Origin: Curvularia clavata
Lineage: Eukaryota
DNA length: 64,000 nt
Assembly (NCBI GenBank): GCA_023920165.1
Contig: CP089274.1
Location: 5,084,001-5,148,000 of the forward strand
Direction of reading: 5' to 3'
Of the stretch, positions 62,140 through 64,000 are shown piece after piece. The translations under genes were made by a program, and so were the position numbers. A model generated the notes under the pieces. It made no database searches and was not told where the DNA came from. It was given only the letters and a program-made list of their open reading frames with translations. The number at the start of each line of letters is the position of its first letter. Within the stretch, counting starts at the first letter, position 1.

Positions 62140-63828
62140 CTAGTCCAGGGAAAAGTTCTCTCTCTTCCAATTTTCGTGTAGAACAGCAATGGTGCCTGCA
62201 GCGTCTTTGCAACGAGGAGGTGCACGAGCAGGGAGATCGACAATAGCGCGGCGTAACACAGCGCGGGCAGGGACGCCGTAGAAGGCAATGAACTTTTTGT
62301 GGTAGTCGCGGACCAGGCCGCCGAGAATGGCAAAGTGGCCGGGCCAGAGCTGGTCGGGTGGCGTGTTGCAGATGGAGACGATTGCTCGCCAGTACTCGGA
62401 AATGGCTATCGCTGGGGTCTTTGACGCGAACGAGCGGAGAGACATGGACGCATAACCAGCGCTGATACCACGCATGCGCTGAGCATATGATTCCGGGGTA
62501 GAGTCCGCCCTCCAGCCTAATTGCAACCGTCCTTCCTTTGTCTCCATTGTGCCACGGATGCCGAACAAAGGTGGGCAGGACTTGTGGAACTTGGCCATCG
62601 CAACGTCGATCAGAGGGAGGCCGTTCCACATGTATTTTTGGTCACCAAACAGACTGGCTGCGATGAGACCAATCTCTTGGATGATGCGACCGTCTGAATT
62701 TGCGGCCTCCTTTTCGAATTGCCTGATCAAAAACTTTTCGAAGCAAATCCAAACATAGAGTAGGAAGGCAGGGTATGCGGCGTCGCTTTCGTTGGCTAAT
62801 TGCGGGATTTGATGCGAGACAACGTATGGTCGGATATCAATCATGGGGCCTGGGGTTGTTAGGGCGACGTCGAAGCACTCCGTTCGGAGGCGCTTGATCG
62901 CCGCGACACTGTCCTTTCGTTCAGTGTTGATCTGCCCAAGTCGAGTACGTAGGGCGCGTCGAGCGTCGCCAACAGGGGCCTTGAGGGGCGAGGATGGCTT
63001 TTTGTGTTCTTCGAAAAATGCCTTGCGGAATTCCTTCATCCGTTGGTGGAGTTGGAGATATTGATTGTGTATTTGTTCGAAATCACCGGTGGGCGCTGGT
63101 GCACTGGTCGCTGGTTTGGGCGCAGCTTGTTGACTCGGAGCTGCTGTGGGCTGTGGCGCTGGTGGTTGCGCAGCTTGCTGGCGGGCTTTCTCGTCGGCAG
63201 CGGCAGCGGCTGCTGCTGCTGCTTCCGCAGACTTGCGATCGGCAGCTTCCTTTTCTTTCTTTTGGCGCTCCGCTGCGGCTTCCTGTTCTTTTTGCGCTTT
63301 GATCCTCGCCTCTGCCTCCTGAAGCTTCTTCTGGTGTTCAGCAGCCTGGCGAGCGGCCTCTTCCTCGCGCTGCTTTGCTTCTAGCGCTCTCCTTTGTGCC
63401 AGTTGCTCCTCGCGAGCCTTTTCTTCTCTGAGCCGCTCAATCTCCCTCCGCTGCTGTTCCTCGCGGCGAAGACGGGCCTGTTCCTCCTCCAAGGCCAGGC
63501 GCTCAATCTCGAGCTTAGCGGAGCGAAAGACGCGCTCATGTTCCTCGGCCGCGTAGGCGAGTTGTTCGGCATGTCGCTTTGCCCGCTGTGCTGCATCTTG
63601 GTCGAGCTTCTCGTTGAATTGACTGTCGGAGATGCTGAGCCTCAGATTGAACTCGAGGGCAAGTTTTCGATTCGGGCTCTCGTAGGGGTCGCGGGTAAGA
63701 GACTCGCGGTGAGGGCGAAGCGTGCTTCGGTTGGGTGATTGACGTGTCGGAGAGGCATCCATGAAACTCGACCCAAATGACGTCGCGGTATGCATACTGG
63801 AGGACGAGGTACCCGATCTTGCGGGCAT
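62140..63828 (-). CDS. GLE1: mRNA export factor Gle1
   Basis: 562 aa; E/R/Q coiled coil followed by a GLE1 domain (IRQFEKEAA, AKFHKSCPPLFG, YAQRMRGISAGYAS, YWRAIVSICN). Confidence 0.85.
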   Translation of the reverse strand: MPARSGTSSSSMHTATSFGSSFMDASPTRQSPNRSTLRPHRESLTRDPYESPNRKLALEFNLRLSISDSQFNEKLDQDAAQRAKRHAEQLAYAAEEHERVFRSAKLEIERLALEEEQARLRREEQQRREIERLREEKAREEQLAQRRALEAKQREEEAARQAAEHQKKLQEAEARIKAQKEQEAAAERQKKEKEAADRKSAEAAAAAAAAADEKARQQAAQPPAPQPTAAPSQQAAPKPATSAPAPTGDFEQIHNQYLQLHQRMKEFRKAFFEEHKKPSSPLKAPVGDARRALRTRLGQINTERKDSVAAIKRLRTECFDVALTTPGPMIDIRPYVVSHQIPQLANESDAAYPAFLLYVWICFEKFLIRQFEKEAANSDGRIIQEIGLIAASLFGDQKYMWNGLPLIDVAMAKFHKSCPPLFGIRGTMETKEGRLQLGWRADSTPESYAQRMRGISAGYASMSLRSFASKTPAIAISEYWRAIVSICNTPPDQLWPGHFAILGGLVRDYHKKFIAFYGVPARAVLRRAIVDLPARAPPRCKDAAGTIAVLHENWKRENFSLD

Positions 63829-64000
63829 TGTGGCGACGTAGGGAAGGTCGGGCAGGGGAAAGCGATTGGGAAAGGGTGGTTGGTGAAAAGAGGTGAGAGC
63901 GGTCGATCGGGGAGCTAGTACAATAGTTTGGCGTACACTTCAGCACCGGCGTCACGTGATGGCGCATATCTCTCCGCACATCCCTGTCGTAGCTGTCACC

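Overview
Intron-rich genomic DNA from a filamentous ascomycete, probably a Dothideomycete (inferred from gene content and RIP-like mutation; not proven). Conserved housekeeping genes occupy both ends: at 1-10 kb a UPC2-like TF, NAT1, an Fpg glycosylase and an agmatinase; at 47.8-64 kb a tocopherol-cyclase-like protein, a GT32, a peroxisomal hydrolase, RTT107, an F-box protein and GLE1. Between them is a ~37-kb accessory mosaic (about 10-47.5 kb). It holds small metabolic modules (AlcR-like TF plus SDR; MFS plus dimethylmalate-lyase-like enzyme plus Leu3/Sef1-like TF; FUM8-like aminotransferase plus P450), a head-to-head pair of coiled-coil proteins with hydrophobic cores, pseudogenes and RIP-degraded transposons. 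The main finding is at 25957-26932 (minus strand). What looks like a 69-bp minisatellite reads as a tandem array of similar spliceosomal introns separated by single-codon (3-nt) exons. The array follows an exon encoding a signal peptide and a pro-peptide ending LSAR|Q, predicting a secreted peptide (QVEDVIGDTIGG/L) encoded almost entirely one amino acid per exon. All calls are read by eye from the sequence; no database search was run.
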